DNA from: Octopus bimaculoides
Taxonomy: Eukaryota
Direction of reading: 5' to 3'
Length of the DNA stretch: 64,000 nucleotides
Assembly: GCF_001194135.2 (NCBI RefSeq)
Contig: NC_068987.1
Span: 104,228,288-104,292,287, forward strand
A model generated the notes under the pieces. That model ran no database searches. It was not told the DNA's origin and saw only the letters and a list, made by a program, of their open reading frames with translations. Within the stretch, counting starts at the first letter, position 1, and every line of letters starts with the position of its first letter. Position numbers and translations under genes: made by a program. This document shows, in pieces, positions 48,600 through 60,490 of this stretch.

Positions 48600-50500
48600 G
48601 ACAGCTGCATCAAGCTGAACCGTGAAAACACTTTTTCTTAATAATATAAAAAAAAGTTCGAGAAAACTGCAGCTGGACTTGGTGTTTATCACACGTTATC
48701 TCGCAGTAACTTACTCTTCATGCTGCTTTTTAAAAGAGCCAGTCTTAAAAATAAAGGGTGAAATACAGGGAAAAGTTTAAATTTCCAAAGAAGTGCAGTT
48801 GAGGAGAAGAAGACCGCATGCAGTTCTCTATGAGAAGAGATTACTGGTTCAACACAGGTGGTTTTATGTTTCGAAATAATTAACTTTTAATGAAGGGGAG
48901 TTAATTTGATTTGTTTCAGTGAAATGATTACATAAAGCTAGAGTTTATTCTACTTCGCTTTTGCATCTGGTTTTGCAAGATTCTTTATGTGAATTCGTGT
49001 TGAAACAAATTTTGCTGTGTCTAGGGAGAGACATATTGTCTTAATGCTTTATTATCTAACATACTCACCGGTTCGATTTCCACTCGTTTATTATTTATAT
49101 TTTTTCTTCTGTGCAACCTTGTCAATGGATGAGTCAACATCCATTGACAAGGCTGCAAAAGCAACGAAAATTTTGGAATTTGGAAGAAAGAATTTAATAA
49201 AAGAGTGGAAATCGAACCGGTAAGAGATAATAAGGCATTAAGACAGTATAACCTCCCCAGACATAACAAAATTACACAAGGAATAATGGAAAATAACAAG
49301 CAACAAGTTATAGATAGATCCGCGTAGATAGAAGCTAAAAATCTTCTTCGAATCTCAAGTTGTTAAAATACTGTGAGCTGATCTATTAAAATCATCCATT
49401 CTTTTTCAATGACGACTTTGTGGTCAACAGAAACCCGTCAAACAATAACGATACCGCGATTACATCGTTACAGTATTTCGGTAACGATTGAAGAATCATG
49501 ATGTAAACAGTTGAATAAGCAACGTGTCACGAATATAAATCTTGTTTAAATGAAATGATAGACTATACTAAAACGGTTCTTGTCATGACAAATATTATTA
49601 ATCAAATAATTAACTTAATTACTGTATATTAAAACTGTAAACAAGTGTTTATAACAAGATATTTTGGTAAAAAAACTCATCTAAAGAAATTTCAACAGTT
49701 TAAAAAGTGTGTTCGTATCGACAATCAGTAATTTATTTGTAGTTAAAATGAAAATACTTTTAAAACAAACAGTTGACACATTTTAATACAACGATATAAT
49801 ATAAATAATTAATCCATCTTACCTAAATAACATTTAACATTTAACACTCAAGCATTAAGTCGTAAATCAAAACTGGCGCGATAAGATTTTATAAAATTTG
49901 TAATGTATTCGCTGCTGAAACGAAATAGGAACATAAGCGAAGCGAAACAGATAACTCCTCTTTATTTAATTTTTGTTCAGAATTGATGATAATCAATGTC
50001 TTTTTTTATTTATTTATTATATAATCCGATGAGGAAGAGCATCTTTTTTAACCTTCTTTCTTTTCAAGAAGAATATCTTTCCAGGTAATATAACTCACAA
50101 TCATATTTTTGCATGAACCGGAGCCGATCAGAACAACTACCTCATGTGAACTTGGTGAACGTCAATATTTTGGGACGCCGTACGGTGGGTCACGTTTTAT
50201 GGTGCTTGTTCTATCACTTTCAAGGCCATATATTTTATCTAGTTATAACCCGGGTTACCGTCATCTGTGGGTTGGTGAAATATGTATATACTCATTAATT
50301 CCACAAACCAATGAGCGATTACAATTCTTTGATTTTCGACTTGTTTATTTGCCACTGCACACACTTGAAAAAAAAAAAAAAGGGGGGGGGGCGCTGACAA
50401 GCGGGGTGCGGTAGGGAGAGGGCTCGGAAAATTCACACGATCAACCCTACCATAACCCGAGCACTAAATCTCAACTGGTAGTATATTCTTTAAAAATACC
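48600..50500. promoter_or_regulatory. Probable BRCA2 promoter / 5' non-coding exon region, possibly bidirectional
   Basis: Unique, repeat-poor, visibly CpG-richer stretch upstream of the first coding exon. Minus-strand donor-like sites at 48715 (AGA|GTAAGT), 49069 (CCG|GTGAGT) and 49823 (TAG|GTAAGA). E2F-like TGGCGCGA at 49874-49881. The TSS cannot be read from sequence. Confidence 0.5.
49067..49221. repeat. Imperfect foldback palindrome: 19-bp perfect outer arms and 15-bp perfect inner arms with 6-nt loop
   Basis: accggttcgatttccactc (49067-49085) is the reverse complement of 49203-49221. ccttgtcaatggatg (49117-49131) is the reverse complement of 49138-49152. Confidence 0.95.
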
Positions 50501-50643
50501 GCTCTGGAAAAGATGAGACGATTATAGATAGTATATGAATTGATAATGCCTCTAAATCAGGAAACTTTATTTAATCACGATGGGAGATGTGTTGTTTCAG
50601 TTACATTCAATACATATACATTTGTCTGTATATTTGTATAGAG

Positions 50644-50949
50644 CAGGGGTCACCAAGCGTTTGCGACCTTCGATTCCTCCTTTAGCCACCTCTCCTTCCG
50701 CATGGACCACCCTCCTCATTTAAAATATCTTAATACCCCACTCTACCATACCATATCTTAAATGCGTTCCGGGTACTGATGCTGGCAGCAGGAGTGGCTG
50801 TGTGGTAAGTAGCTTGCTTACCAACCACATGGTCCTGGGTTCAGTCCCACTGCGTGGTACCTTGGGCAAGTGTCTTCTACTATAGCCTCGGGCCAACCAA
50901 AGCCTTGTGAATGGATTTGGTAGACGGAAACTGGAAGAAGCCCATCTTG

Positions 50950-51005
<56 letters not shown>

Positions 51006-51497
51006 GTGTTTGTGTGTCTGTTTGTCCTCCCAGCATTGCTTGACAACCGATGCTGGTGTGTTTACATCCCCATAACATAGCAGTTCGGCAAAAGAGTCCG
51101 ATAGAATAAGTACTAGGCTTACAAAGAATAAGCTCTGGGGTCGATTTGCTCGACTATAAAGGCGGTGCTCCAGCAAGGCCGCAGTCAAATGACTGAAACA
51201 AGTAAAAGAGTAGAAGAGTGTACGAATATACAGTATTAAACTTACAATTTTTATGAAATTGTTTTCACGGTTAGAAAATGTAAAAAAACGTGTCAAATTG
51301 CTGGAAGATCTTTTATTGAAATTGATAACATCATTGTGAGGGATGAGCATGGCGCTGACTAAGTAGTTCAAGTAGTTCATCTGGGTGAGCTGGTCTTGCG
51401 CACGCCGACCCTCATTCGACCCCTTGGCTATGATCGACCCCTTTTAATTTCTCACCGACCCCTAAGGGGTCCATCAGACCCCCTTTGGTGACCCCTG
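50644..51497. mobile_element. hAT-Charlie-type MITE containing a SINE
   Basis: Termini caggggtcaccaa / ttggtgacccctg; near-TSD gtatagag / gtatagtg; SINE inserted at about 50788-51215. Confidence 0.8.
50788..51215 (+). mobile_element. SINE family A, full length
   Basis: Same consensus, with (TA)n at about 50954-51002. Confidence 0.85.
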
Positions 51498-52157
51498 GTA
51501 TAGTGCAATAAACATTTTCAATACTTGAATCAAAACACTCATACTCACAGACGTGCGCGCACGAACCCACGCACAAGACTTACATGCATAAACACACACA
51601 CACACACACACACACAAAGACATGTGTGTGTGTGTGTGTGTGTGTGTGCGAGCGTGTGTTCGCTGTTTTGGCCGTCATGAAGGTCGTCACGTATTATGAA
51701 AATACAAAATTGATGTCACACGACATCTATCTATCCAAAAGTACTCTTTAGTCTTAATGTTTTAATAGGCTTTCTTGAATTTATATTTTGTGACATTATG
51801 TGATGACAAAAGAAACTTTATTCATAACCATATAATTAAGAGATGACACCAAATGATAAGGATGGTGTATAGACAGACACGTTTGAGGTGGGTCAATATC
51901 TTACGTGGTGTTTAGTTACAGCATTTTACATCGTTTTTATCTTTCATACTTCCAAGGTCGATAAAATAAATATCACCCGAATACTGGGGATGATTAAAAT
52001 CTGTGGTTCCGCCTTAACAAAAAAGAAAAAAATAATAATTTATAGCCAAATCGCACGCTGATCGATAACTTTGATTGTCGATAGGTCAAGCAAATGACCA
52101 TTTATCCTCACTAATGCGTACATAATTAAATAGCAGTTGTAAAATTAACTAATTTAT

Positions 52158-54305
52158 AAGGTGGCGAGTTGGCAGAGTCGTTAGCACGCCGGCGAAAATG
52201 CCTGCCGGCATTTTGTTCGTCTTTACGTTCTGAGTTCAAATTTCGCTGATATCGACTTCATTTTTCTTTCCTCTCGGTATCTATAAAATAAGTACCAGTT
52301 GAACNNNNNNNNNNNNNNNNNNNNNNNNNNNNNNNNNNNNNNNNNNNNNNNNNNNNNNNNNNNNNNNNNNNNNNNNNNNNNNNNNNNNNNNNNNNNNNNN
52401 NNNNNNNNNNNNNNNNNNNNNNNNNGTAATGGTAATACTTCTTTCTACTTTAGGAACAAGGCTTGAAATTTTGTAGGAGGGTGCTAATCGATTACATTGA
52501 CCCCAGAGTTCCACTGATACTTATTTATATTATCACTAACATAGCTGGGGTTGTGGTGGCGGTCCACTCCGGACGGTACTTTTAAAGGGGCGGCACTTTT
52601 CACCCTGTTGTAGGCTATAAGTCAGAATAGATTTTATTGAAACAATACAGTATGCGATAATTCCCGATATTATACCAAAAAAAGACAAAAAAAAAACTCA
52701 TTGAAATGCACGATGGCTTGGGTCTACTGTTGGCAATATGTGTTTTTGTGGGATACAGGGGCGGAAACGGAAGGGCCGCCCAGGGCGACACACACTCTAG
52801 CTATGCTAGTGTATCTACTCCGAAAGGATTAAAGGCAAAATCGACCTGGATGGAATTTGAACTCATAACAGAAAACTGGAAGAAATATCAATAATTATTT
52901 CGCCCGGAGCCTTAGCAATTTTACCAGCTAGCTGCCTTAAGAAGTAATAGCTATTTCTACTCTAGGCACAAGGCTTTGATAATTTTGGTGGTGGGAGAAG
53001 GAAGATAGTCGATTACATCGACCCCAGTGCGTAACTGGTACTTATTTCATCAACCGCGAAAGGATGAAAGCAAAGTTGACCTCGGCAAACGAAACACTGA
53101 ACGTAGCGGCAAACAACATACCGCGAAGCACTTCGCATGGCGTGCTGACGCTTCTACCAGCTCACCCCTTGCTTTAAGAAGTAAAAGTAATAACGATTTC
53201 AAATAGTTGAGGAGGGCTTTGTACCAAAATTTGAAACCAAAAACGATTTCAAATTTTAGTATAGGGCCAGCAGTTATAAGGATAGAGTTAAATCGATTAC
53301 ATCGACCTCAGTATTTGACTGGTACTTATTTCATCGATCCCGAAAGTTTGAAAGGTAGAGTTGACCTCAGCGAAATTAGAGCTCATAACGTAAAGCCGGA
53401 AAAAATGCCGCTAAGCATTTTGTCCGGTGTTCTAACAATACTACCAGCTCGTAGCCTTAAGACGTAATAGCAATAATAAATTTCTTAAATAAGCGCAAGA
53501 CCTCAGCTTTTGAGGACGGATATAATCAAATAAGATAGTCCAAAATTTTTTACTGGCACTTACGTTCTAGAACCAGAATCGACCTAAATCAATCAAATCC
53601 TCCTGCTTCCTCCAAATTAAGACAAATTTGCTGCTCTGAAGACAAACTATGGCTATTCCTCAGTTAGGTGTTTTAAGATGAATGGTTATTTGCCTAAGGT
53701 AAATACAAACAACTTATCTTTATGTTGGTGCACCCATTTTCTTTTACATTATAATATTCAAATCGGGATTTTCTAGTGACATCGTTACAAGATATAAAGA
53801 TAAATCTGATGACCAAAAATTAGAATTTGAGGATAAAGTGATTTTAGATAGCCTAAGTATTAGTTTAAAATTTTGGCACAGGGCCAGCAATTTCGGGGTG
53901 AGGTGGCGGATAAGTCGATTACAGCGACCCCAGTACTCAAGTGGTACTTATTTTATCGAACCCCGGTAGGACGAAAAGCAAAGTCGACGAATCTGAACAC
54001 AGAACATAAACACAGACGAAATGCTATTAAGCATTTTGTCCGGCGTGCTAACGATTCTGCTAGCTCACCGTCTTAAGATGGCTTAAATATTAATCTAATT
54101 ATACATTACCTTAAGGCGACGAGCTCGCAGACTCGTCTTCGCACCGAACAAAATGCTTAGTAGCATTTCTTTCGGTTTTATGTTCTGACTTCAAATTTTG
54201 CCGAGATAGACTTATTCTTTCGAGGTCGATAAAATAAGTACCAGGAGTCGATATAACTGACTAGACACCCTCGTCTAAAATTTCAGGCCTTGTGCCTATA
54301 GTAAA
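52158..54305. mobile_element. Cluster of six or more family B SINE copies/fragments in both orientations
   Basis: Copies at about 52158(+), 52440-52930(-), 52950-53170(-), 53250-53455(-), 53870-54072(-) and 54116-54305(+). Confidence 0.8.
52534..52811. mobile_element. CACTA/EnSpm-type MITE inserted in a Deu-domain SINE
   Basis: CACTA...TAGTG termini, imperfect ~20-bp TIR, 3-bp TSD tat. The interrupted SINE resumes on both sides. Confidence 0.7.
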
Positions 54306-54417
54306 ATTACAGGGGTCTACACAGTTTTTTCTGACACCTGAGATGTAGTACTGATAGGCACTAAGTGATAAACACACTTTCATAATATTCCTGATGTCAT
54401 TGCACCCTCTGAGCACA

Positions 54418-55830
54418 AGCGAGGTGGTATTAAAACATTCTCGGATTAGTTCTGTAGCGACCCAACAAATGGCTGCGCACGGTGCACGCGCAGTGAGGGT
54501 GAGCAGTGACCTTCATGAAGCAGTGTGCCAAGTGACATCGCTGTATTTACTTCGCAAGTTGTGAAACTTTTGTTTTGTGATCATGTGTATGCGGTAGTCT
54601 GTGATTTTGCTCCCGCCTACTGACCACTGAACAGAAAGAACGTCGCGTCGGAGTCTGTAAGATTTCCGTCGGCGTGCCTCTAATAACTCAGCCTTCATGT
54701 CGAAGATCATCACCAGTAACGAGAGTAAAGGGATCTTTTTTAAAACGGGGGCCACATTTTTCATTAATGTTTTACGTAGTGTTTTTGGTACCGAAAGACT
54801 TTCAAACTTCGTATACTTATCTATTTTGTGTTATAGAACAGAAAAATATTTTTGTATTCGAATTTATTTCATGTAAAAAATTGTCTTATTTCGATAATTT
54901 CAACCAATCACTGACAAGTATTNNNNNNNNNNNNNNNNNNNNNNNNNNNNNNNNNNNNNNNNNNNNNNNNNNNNNNNNNNNNNNNNNNNNNNNNNNNNNN
55001 NNNNNNNNNNNNNNNNNNNNNNNNNNNNNNNNNNNNNNNNNNNNNNNNNNNNNNNNNNNNNNNNNNNNNNNNNNNNNNNNNNNNNNNNNNNNNCACTGAT
55101 AAGTATTCAGTTGTTTATATTTACTCCTTTGGCTGATTAAGCCATAGCTTCGTTTTATTTGCTTTTTTCATTTTCTTTTTTTTTCTTCGTTTTATTTGCT
55201 TTTTTCTTTTTAAATTTGCTGTTTTACCCTAACCCTATAACCGATAGAATTGTTTCAGAATCGTTTGTTTATGTAGTCGGCACTTAATGTATATCGGCTG
55301 AATGGACGTCAGTGATTGGTTGAAATTACAGAAATACGACAACTTTAACATGGAATAACTTATGGATTTCTTTTTTTTTTAAGAAGACTAAGAGAAAAAG
55401 ATGTTTTATATGACACATTCTACCAGTGTTCCAAGTTTCAAAGTGTTTCGTTAATGAAAAATGTGGCCCCCGTTTTAAAAAAGATCCGAGTAAAGTTTAC
55501 GAGTACGACCCTGAAACGAGGCAGCAGTCGTCACAATGGAAGAGCCCTTCATCTCCACAACCAAAGAAGGCACGACAGAGCCGTAGCTCAATCAAGACCA
55601 TGCTTATCGTTTTTTCCGATATCTGCGGTATTGTGCATCGAGAATTCATCCCTCAGGGCCAGACCGTCAACTGAGAGTTCTACTGTGACGTTTTGAAGTG
55701 TTTTAGAGCGGAAGCAACTGGATCTGCGGAGCATGAAGAATTGGATTCTTCACGACGACAATGCACCCTATCACCAAACTCTCCTCACTCATGAGTTCTT
55801 TCGTCAAAAACAACATGGTGTCGCTTCTGC
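54418..55830 (+). mobile_element. Mariner transposon relic interrupted by a MITE
   Basis: LLTTEQKERRV..SKIITSNESK | VYEYDPETRQQSSQWKSPSSPQPKKARQSRSSIKTMLIVF.DI.GIVHREFIPQGQTVN..WILHDDNAPYH. The catalytic GD is mutated and the N-terminus is missing. Confidence 0.9.
54731..55487. mobile_element. Non-autonomous DNA transposon (MITE), perfect 37-bp TIR, 8-bp TSD gagtaaag (hAT/P-like)
   Basis: TIR ggatcttttttaaaacgggggccacatttttcattaa at 54731-54767 with its reverse complement at 55451-55487. TSD at 54723-54730 and 55488-55495. Confidence 0.92.
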
Positions 55831-55850
55831 GGGTGTTTCGGATAATTGTA

Positions 55851-56201
55851 TAGGGAAGTGGGTTATACATCATTAGATGTACACCTGCTTTCCTATATTA
55901 AATTAGAATGAACGGAACGCAGAACTCCAAACTATCAACACAACAATATTTATTTAATGTGGAAAATAGACAGCTTTACTCTTGGTTGTTGAGACGCCTT
56001 CTGTGTGTGAGAACATGGTTGTTGGGACGTTGGTATGTTGATGTGAGCTGTCTGGCGTGAGTTCGAAAGATGGAGAGAGACAGCTTGACACGTCCATGCT
56101 CCATGCCGGCCGGCCGCGAAAGAGACAGAATAAAGCGGGAAACGCTTGGATGTTGAATTCCACGCATGCGTGAGACTACGCATGCGCACGGCGTTACTAC
56201 A
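55851..56201 (-). mobile_element. Solo-LTR-like element, copy 2 (6-bp TSD attgta)
   Basis: TSD at 55845-55850 and 56202-56207. Minus-strand AATAAA followed by a GT-rich tract near the 3' end. Confidence 0.7.
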
Positions 56202-56885
56202 ATTGTATATAACTCAAATGATTTATGCTTTGGTGTGAATTAAATGTAAAGGCTTATTGACAATGGTGTATTACCCCGCCACGTTTCGAATAACCGTATG
56301 TAGTCCAAATAATTTATGTTCGGGAGTGTTTTTAACACACACCTTTGTTGGAGGAGGCGTTTGTTACTGTTGCACTATCTGTAAATCAGATATGATAATT
56401 CTTTCAGGGAAGACGCGGGTGGCTTTTGGAAGTAATGTAAAAAGATCATGTAAAACAGGTTTAGAAATTACGAATTTAGATGACAACGAACAGATAAACA
56501 AGCAGATAAGTTCGTTTTAAAGTGTGCGCATACAAGACATGCTTAAAAACAACAGCAAAGATATAGCAACCTCAATAACCTTCAGGATCATGTTTCAGTA
56601 TTTCTCTTTCTCTTTTTTCGTTTTCGTTTTAAATATGTTAAATAAAAACAACCGACTAAGAATACTAAATAGTTACGTTTAATGAAAACACATGAAATAG
56701 ATATCAACGTTTCAAAATAAAGTGACCTTGTCCTTTTTGTGCATAGACTTATTTTTCTTTTCTTTCATCACAGTTTCTCACAGGTTGAGATAAAAGTTTG
56801 TTATTAAAATTCAGAATCGTTTTCCAGCATTTGTGGAAGTAGACTGCTGGTCACCCACGATATGCAGTTAATTTATTTACATTGC

Positions 56886-57430
56886 GAGGTGGCGAGCTGG
56901 TAAAATGCTTAACTGCATTTCACCAGTCTTTACATTCCGGGTTCAAATGCCGCCGTGGTGGTCTTTACTTTTCAGCATTTCGGGGTCCATAAAATAAGTA
57001 TCAGTTGAAAACTGGGGTCGATTTAATCGACTTATCGCTTCCCCCGAAATTGCTGGCCTTGTGCCAATATTTGAAATTAATATATTTGGTACTTATTTTA
57101 TTGACCACGAAAAGATGAAAGGCAAAGTCAACCTCGAGAGAATTTGAACTCAGAAAGTAAAGTCGGAAAAAATGTCGCTAAGCATTTTGTTCAGCGCTGT
57201 AACGATTTTGTCAGTTGGTCACCTTACAGCTATCAAAATAATATTGATTTTTAATTTTGGCACAAGGTCAGCGATTACAGGGTTGGGGTGCAACTCGATT
57301 ACCTCGACCCCAGTCAGCAACTATTACTTATTTTATCGATCCCGAAAGGGTGAAAGGCAAAGTCAGTCTAAAGACAGACGAAATGCCGCTAAGCATTTTG
57401 CCCGGCGTACTAACGATTCAACAAGTTCAC
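56886..57430. mobile_element. Three adjacent family B SINEs (+,-,-)
   Basis: About 56886-57075(+), 57085-57215(-) and 57255-57430(-). Confidence 0.8.
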
Positions 57431-59124
57431 CACCTTACACCAATCAGGTTAATAATTATTCATATTCGAATGTTTACGTGACTTTAAAGGTGTCATACCT
57501 GGCGGTATTTTTCTTTAATGAGAATGGAGCAAAGGGTAAAGCTGTTGCAGACAAGATTTGTATTGAGAATTACGAGGGCTGAATTTATTTAATAGATTTT
57601 TATCTAACGCCCTGTTTAACATCATCACCTGGTCCATGGCTGCCTTTGGTGGGGCTTACTTTGTTGCAAGCACCTGATCCAAGTCTCCAGTCTGAGGAAA
57701 ATTCTACTCGTCTCCCACTTGTTTCGGAGGCCATGGTGTATGGTTGCTGTACTTCTTTTCCTTTCTCTTCCTTTATGCGCTCCAGCCCAAAGGTTGTGAC
57801 TCCGCTTGGCACCCCCATTATCAATGTTTCAAAGGTCATCCTCAAATGGTTGGATTTTGATGACTGAGCTATTTTAATATTATTGCTCTTATTTGATTTT
57901 CTTACCGTGATATAGACTCACTTGGGATCTTGGACAGCAGAAAGACAAGGTTCTTTTTGAATTTAAAAAAAAAAATCCATGCTTCATGTACAACCCCCAG
58001 GTTCTTTGGATCTCTGGATAATAATAAAAAAATTCTGTCTGGGTTTCTACCGTTTGCAGTGGTTTTCATAATTGGAAGTATTTATTTTTATCCTATTTCA
58101 GAAAGCAGTTACATTTTATTTAAAATGACTTTATGGTGTGAAGTTGTTGCAGTTGATGTTGCTATCAGCTTTTTGATCAGTCCCAGACAGTTCTGTGATC
58201 AAGTGAGAAGAATGTGATCAAAGATTTTCCAACCATATTTTTGTACATACAAGACTACCTTGTCCAATATGCTCTAGATAACTCCAGAAGGTCTAATGAT
58301 ATGTAGTGAGTCCCCCATTGGTTAGAACTGGGTGAAATTGATAAACTTAAAACTTTAGTCTAGAAATTTATAGAATTACTTTACGTTGAAGTCATATTAA
58401 AAATATTTTCTATGAATAATTTTCCACCGCCTTGTAACACTGCAATTCGCCTCATTCTAATGTAATTTCTTAACATTAAATAATTTTCAGTAAGAAAACT
58501 GAATATGATTTAGTTTTGTGAAAATGTACCCTCTATTCTAATTTCATTCACAACTAGGATACATTACAGGAATAGAATCAACTCAGTTCTACGAATACGC
58601 GCTACTATTCTTCTGTTATAATCCCATTCAGTCATAGAGTTTGTACACTGACTTCATCCTCACTCAAGTTATACTCTAGTGCTACTGTTTCATATTGGAT
58701 GTGGGCGTTATGTACTGTTAAAATAATAACACATCTGTAGTAGAACAGAATATTGGAAAGAATTTATTCACATACGAGCTATTATTTTATCTTTCGAGGT
58801 CTTTGCTACTTAAATTGAATAGACTACTCCAATGCAAAAATCTTTCCACAAATACAAAGAAATCTGACGTATATAAAACTGCACTGACAAGTCTTTTGAA
58901 ACTGCAACAATACTTAATTAATCGGAACAATAATTGTACACAGGCATGTGGGAACCAATTTTTGGTGTAATAATCGCATATATACATCACAAGACAATTG
59001 TTTCATCTCATATTAAAAGTTTTCTGTTATGCGTGGGAAATATCTTTCTCTTAAATTCTTAGACTAGATTATTCAGAAGCTGGAGAAGAAATCCATTAAT
59101 ACCAGCAAACAGAGATATTGGTTT

Positions 59125-59332
59125 CAAATTTTGGCATAAGCCTAGCAGCTTCTGGGCGGTGGGGCAGTCGATTACATTGACCCCAGTGCCTAACTGGTAC
59201 TTACGTAATCGACCTCGAAAGGATGAAAGGCAAAGCCGATCTCGGCGGTATTTGAACTGAAAATGTAAAAACAGACAAAATGTCGCTCAGCATTTCATCG
59301 GCATGCTAACGATTCTATTAGCTCGCCGCCCA
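59125..59332 (-). mobile_element. SINE family B
   Basis: Reverse complement of the family B consensus. Confidence 0.8.
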
Positions 59333-59644
59333 GCACCAAACAGATATATTATTCTCAAGTATCATAAACGTAATAGTTACTTATAAATTAGTTTTTTCTA
59401 TTGAAGAAATCATAAATATTATATACAGTATCAAGCAAATATTTTGTCTATATTTCACGGATTTCATGCTTACGTTTTACGCTTCTGGTAAGAGATGCAG
59501 TGCTCCGGGTGCCTTAGATTATCCAGCAAATAACGAAGCTGTCATATTCGGATTGTTTTTTGTTTGTGGAGTTGGGCATTTCCAGAAATTCTTTTAGTCT
59601 TACAAGAATCTATTTCACAAGACAGTGAGATAATCCAATTTTAA

Positions 59645-59850
59645 GGCGCCTCTTCCAAACCGGGAGAGACATACTACCACCGTGATGAAGTGGACTCTGA
59701 AATGAGGAAGGAAGACCAAGGAAGAGTACGTTTCAGACGAAATGATAGCGATGGCAGCCGGCCCGAGTGGAGGTAAGAGGAAAGCGAGCAATCAGAATGC
59801 TTGGAGAAGGCTCGTTTGTACGTTGTGATGACAGCACTGGAGGATCTAAG
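59645..59850 (+). mobile_element. LINE (RTE-like) ORF2 C-terminal remnant
   Basis: TTTVMKWTLK*GRKTKEE..NQNAWRRLVCTL* resembles the W..xGKRxRGRP..WRxLV tail of RTE ORF2. Confidence 0.5.
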
Positions 59851-60079
59851 AACTTTTAACAATCAAGCTCAGTCTTAAGGTTCCATTACTTCAGACACAT
59901 GGTGGCCCCCGAGCTGATGAGAGGGGCTGGATATTATACCTGGATACTTTTCCTCTTTTACGTGAGACCCAAAACCACATTGGACCCAACCATATTGGAC
60001 CCAAAATGAAATAATCGTGCTTTCTAGTTGTTATCGAGGCATAAGTTTGTTATAATTGACGGCAAGTTCATTATGTCTC

Positions 60080-60490
60080 AGACATGGCTGTGTGGTTTGG
60101 AAACTCGCCTTGCGATTACGCGGTTTCGGGTTCAATGTCACGACGCAACACTTTGGAAAAGAGTTTTCTACTATAGCCCCGGGTTGACTAATGCCTTATG
60201 AGTGAATTTGGTAGACTGAAACTGCGTGGAAGCCCGGCGTATGTGTGTGTGTGAGAGCGTGCGTGTGCGCACGTGCGCCTTTGTCTTTGCCCTCACTTCC
60301 ACCGCTTGACAACCGGTGTTGGTTTGTTTTCGATCTCGTAACATAGCGGTTCGGCAAAAGACACAGGTAAAATAAATACCAAAGTTAAAAATAAGTACTG
60401 AGGTCAATTTGTTCGACTAAACCCTTCAAGGTGGTGCTCCAGCATGGCCACAGACCAATGACTGAACCAAATAAAAGAAATAAAAGAAAA
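60080..60490 (+). mobile_element. SINE family A, diverged, CpG-retaining copy
   Basis: Same head, body and tail architecture. Confidence 0.75.

Noticed and set aside
50109-50300. CpG-rich block with an Sm-site-like AATATTTTGG, considered as snRNA or first exon
   Set aside because: No convincing match to U1-U12, U7 or SL RNA structures from memory, and the ORFs show no recognisable homology. An Infernal/Rfam scan would settle it.
51591-51648. (CA)n followed by (TG)n forming a hairpin
   Set aside because: An expected chance juxtaposition in a genome this rich in CA/TG microsatellites.
57480-57870. GC-richer block with short ORFs on both strands (FLSNALFNIITWSMAAFGG.., TFETLIMGVPSG..)
   Set aside because: No consistent splice-site pair or recognisable domain; may be an old retroelement fragment.
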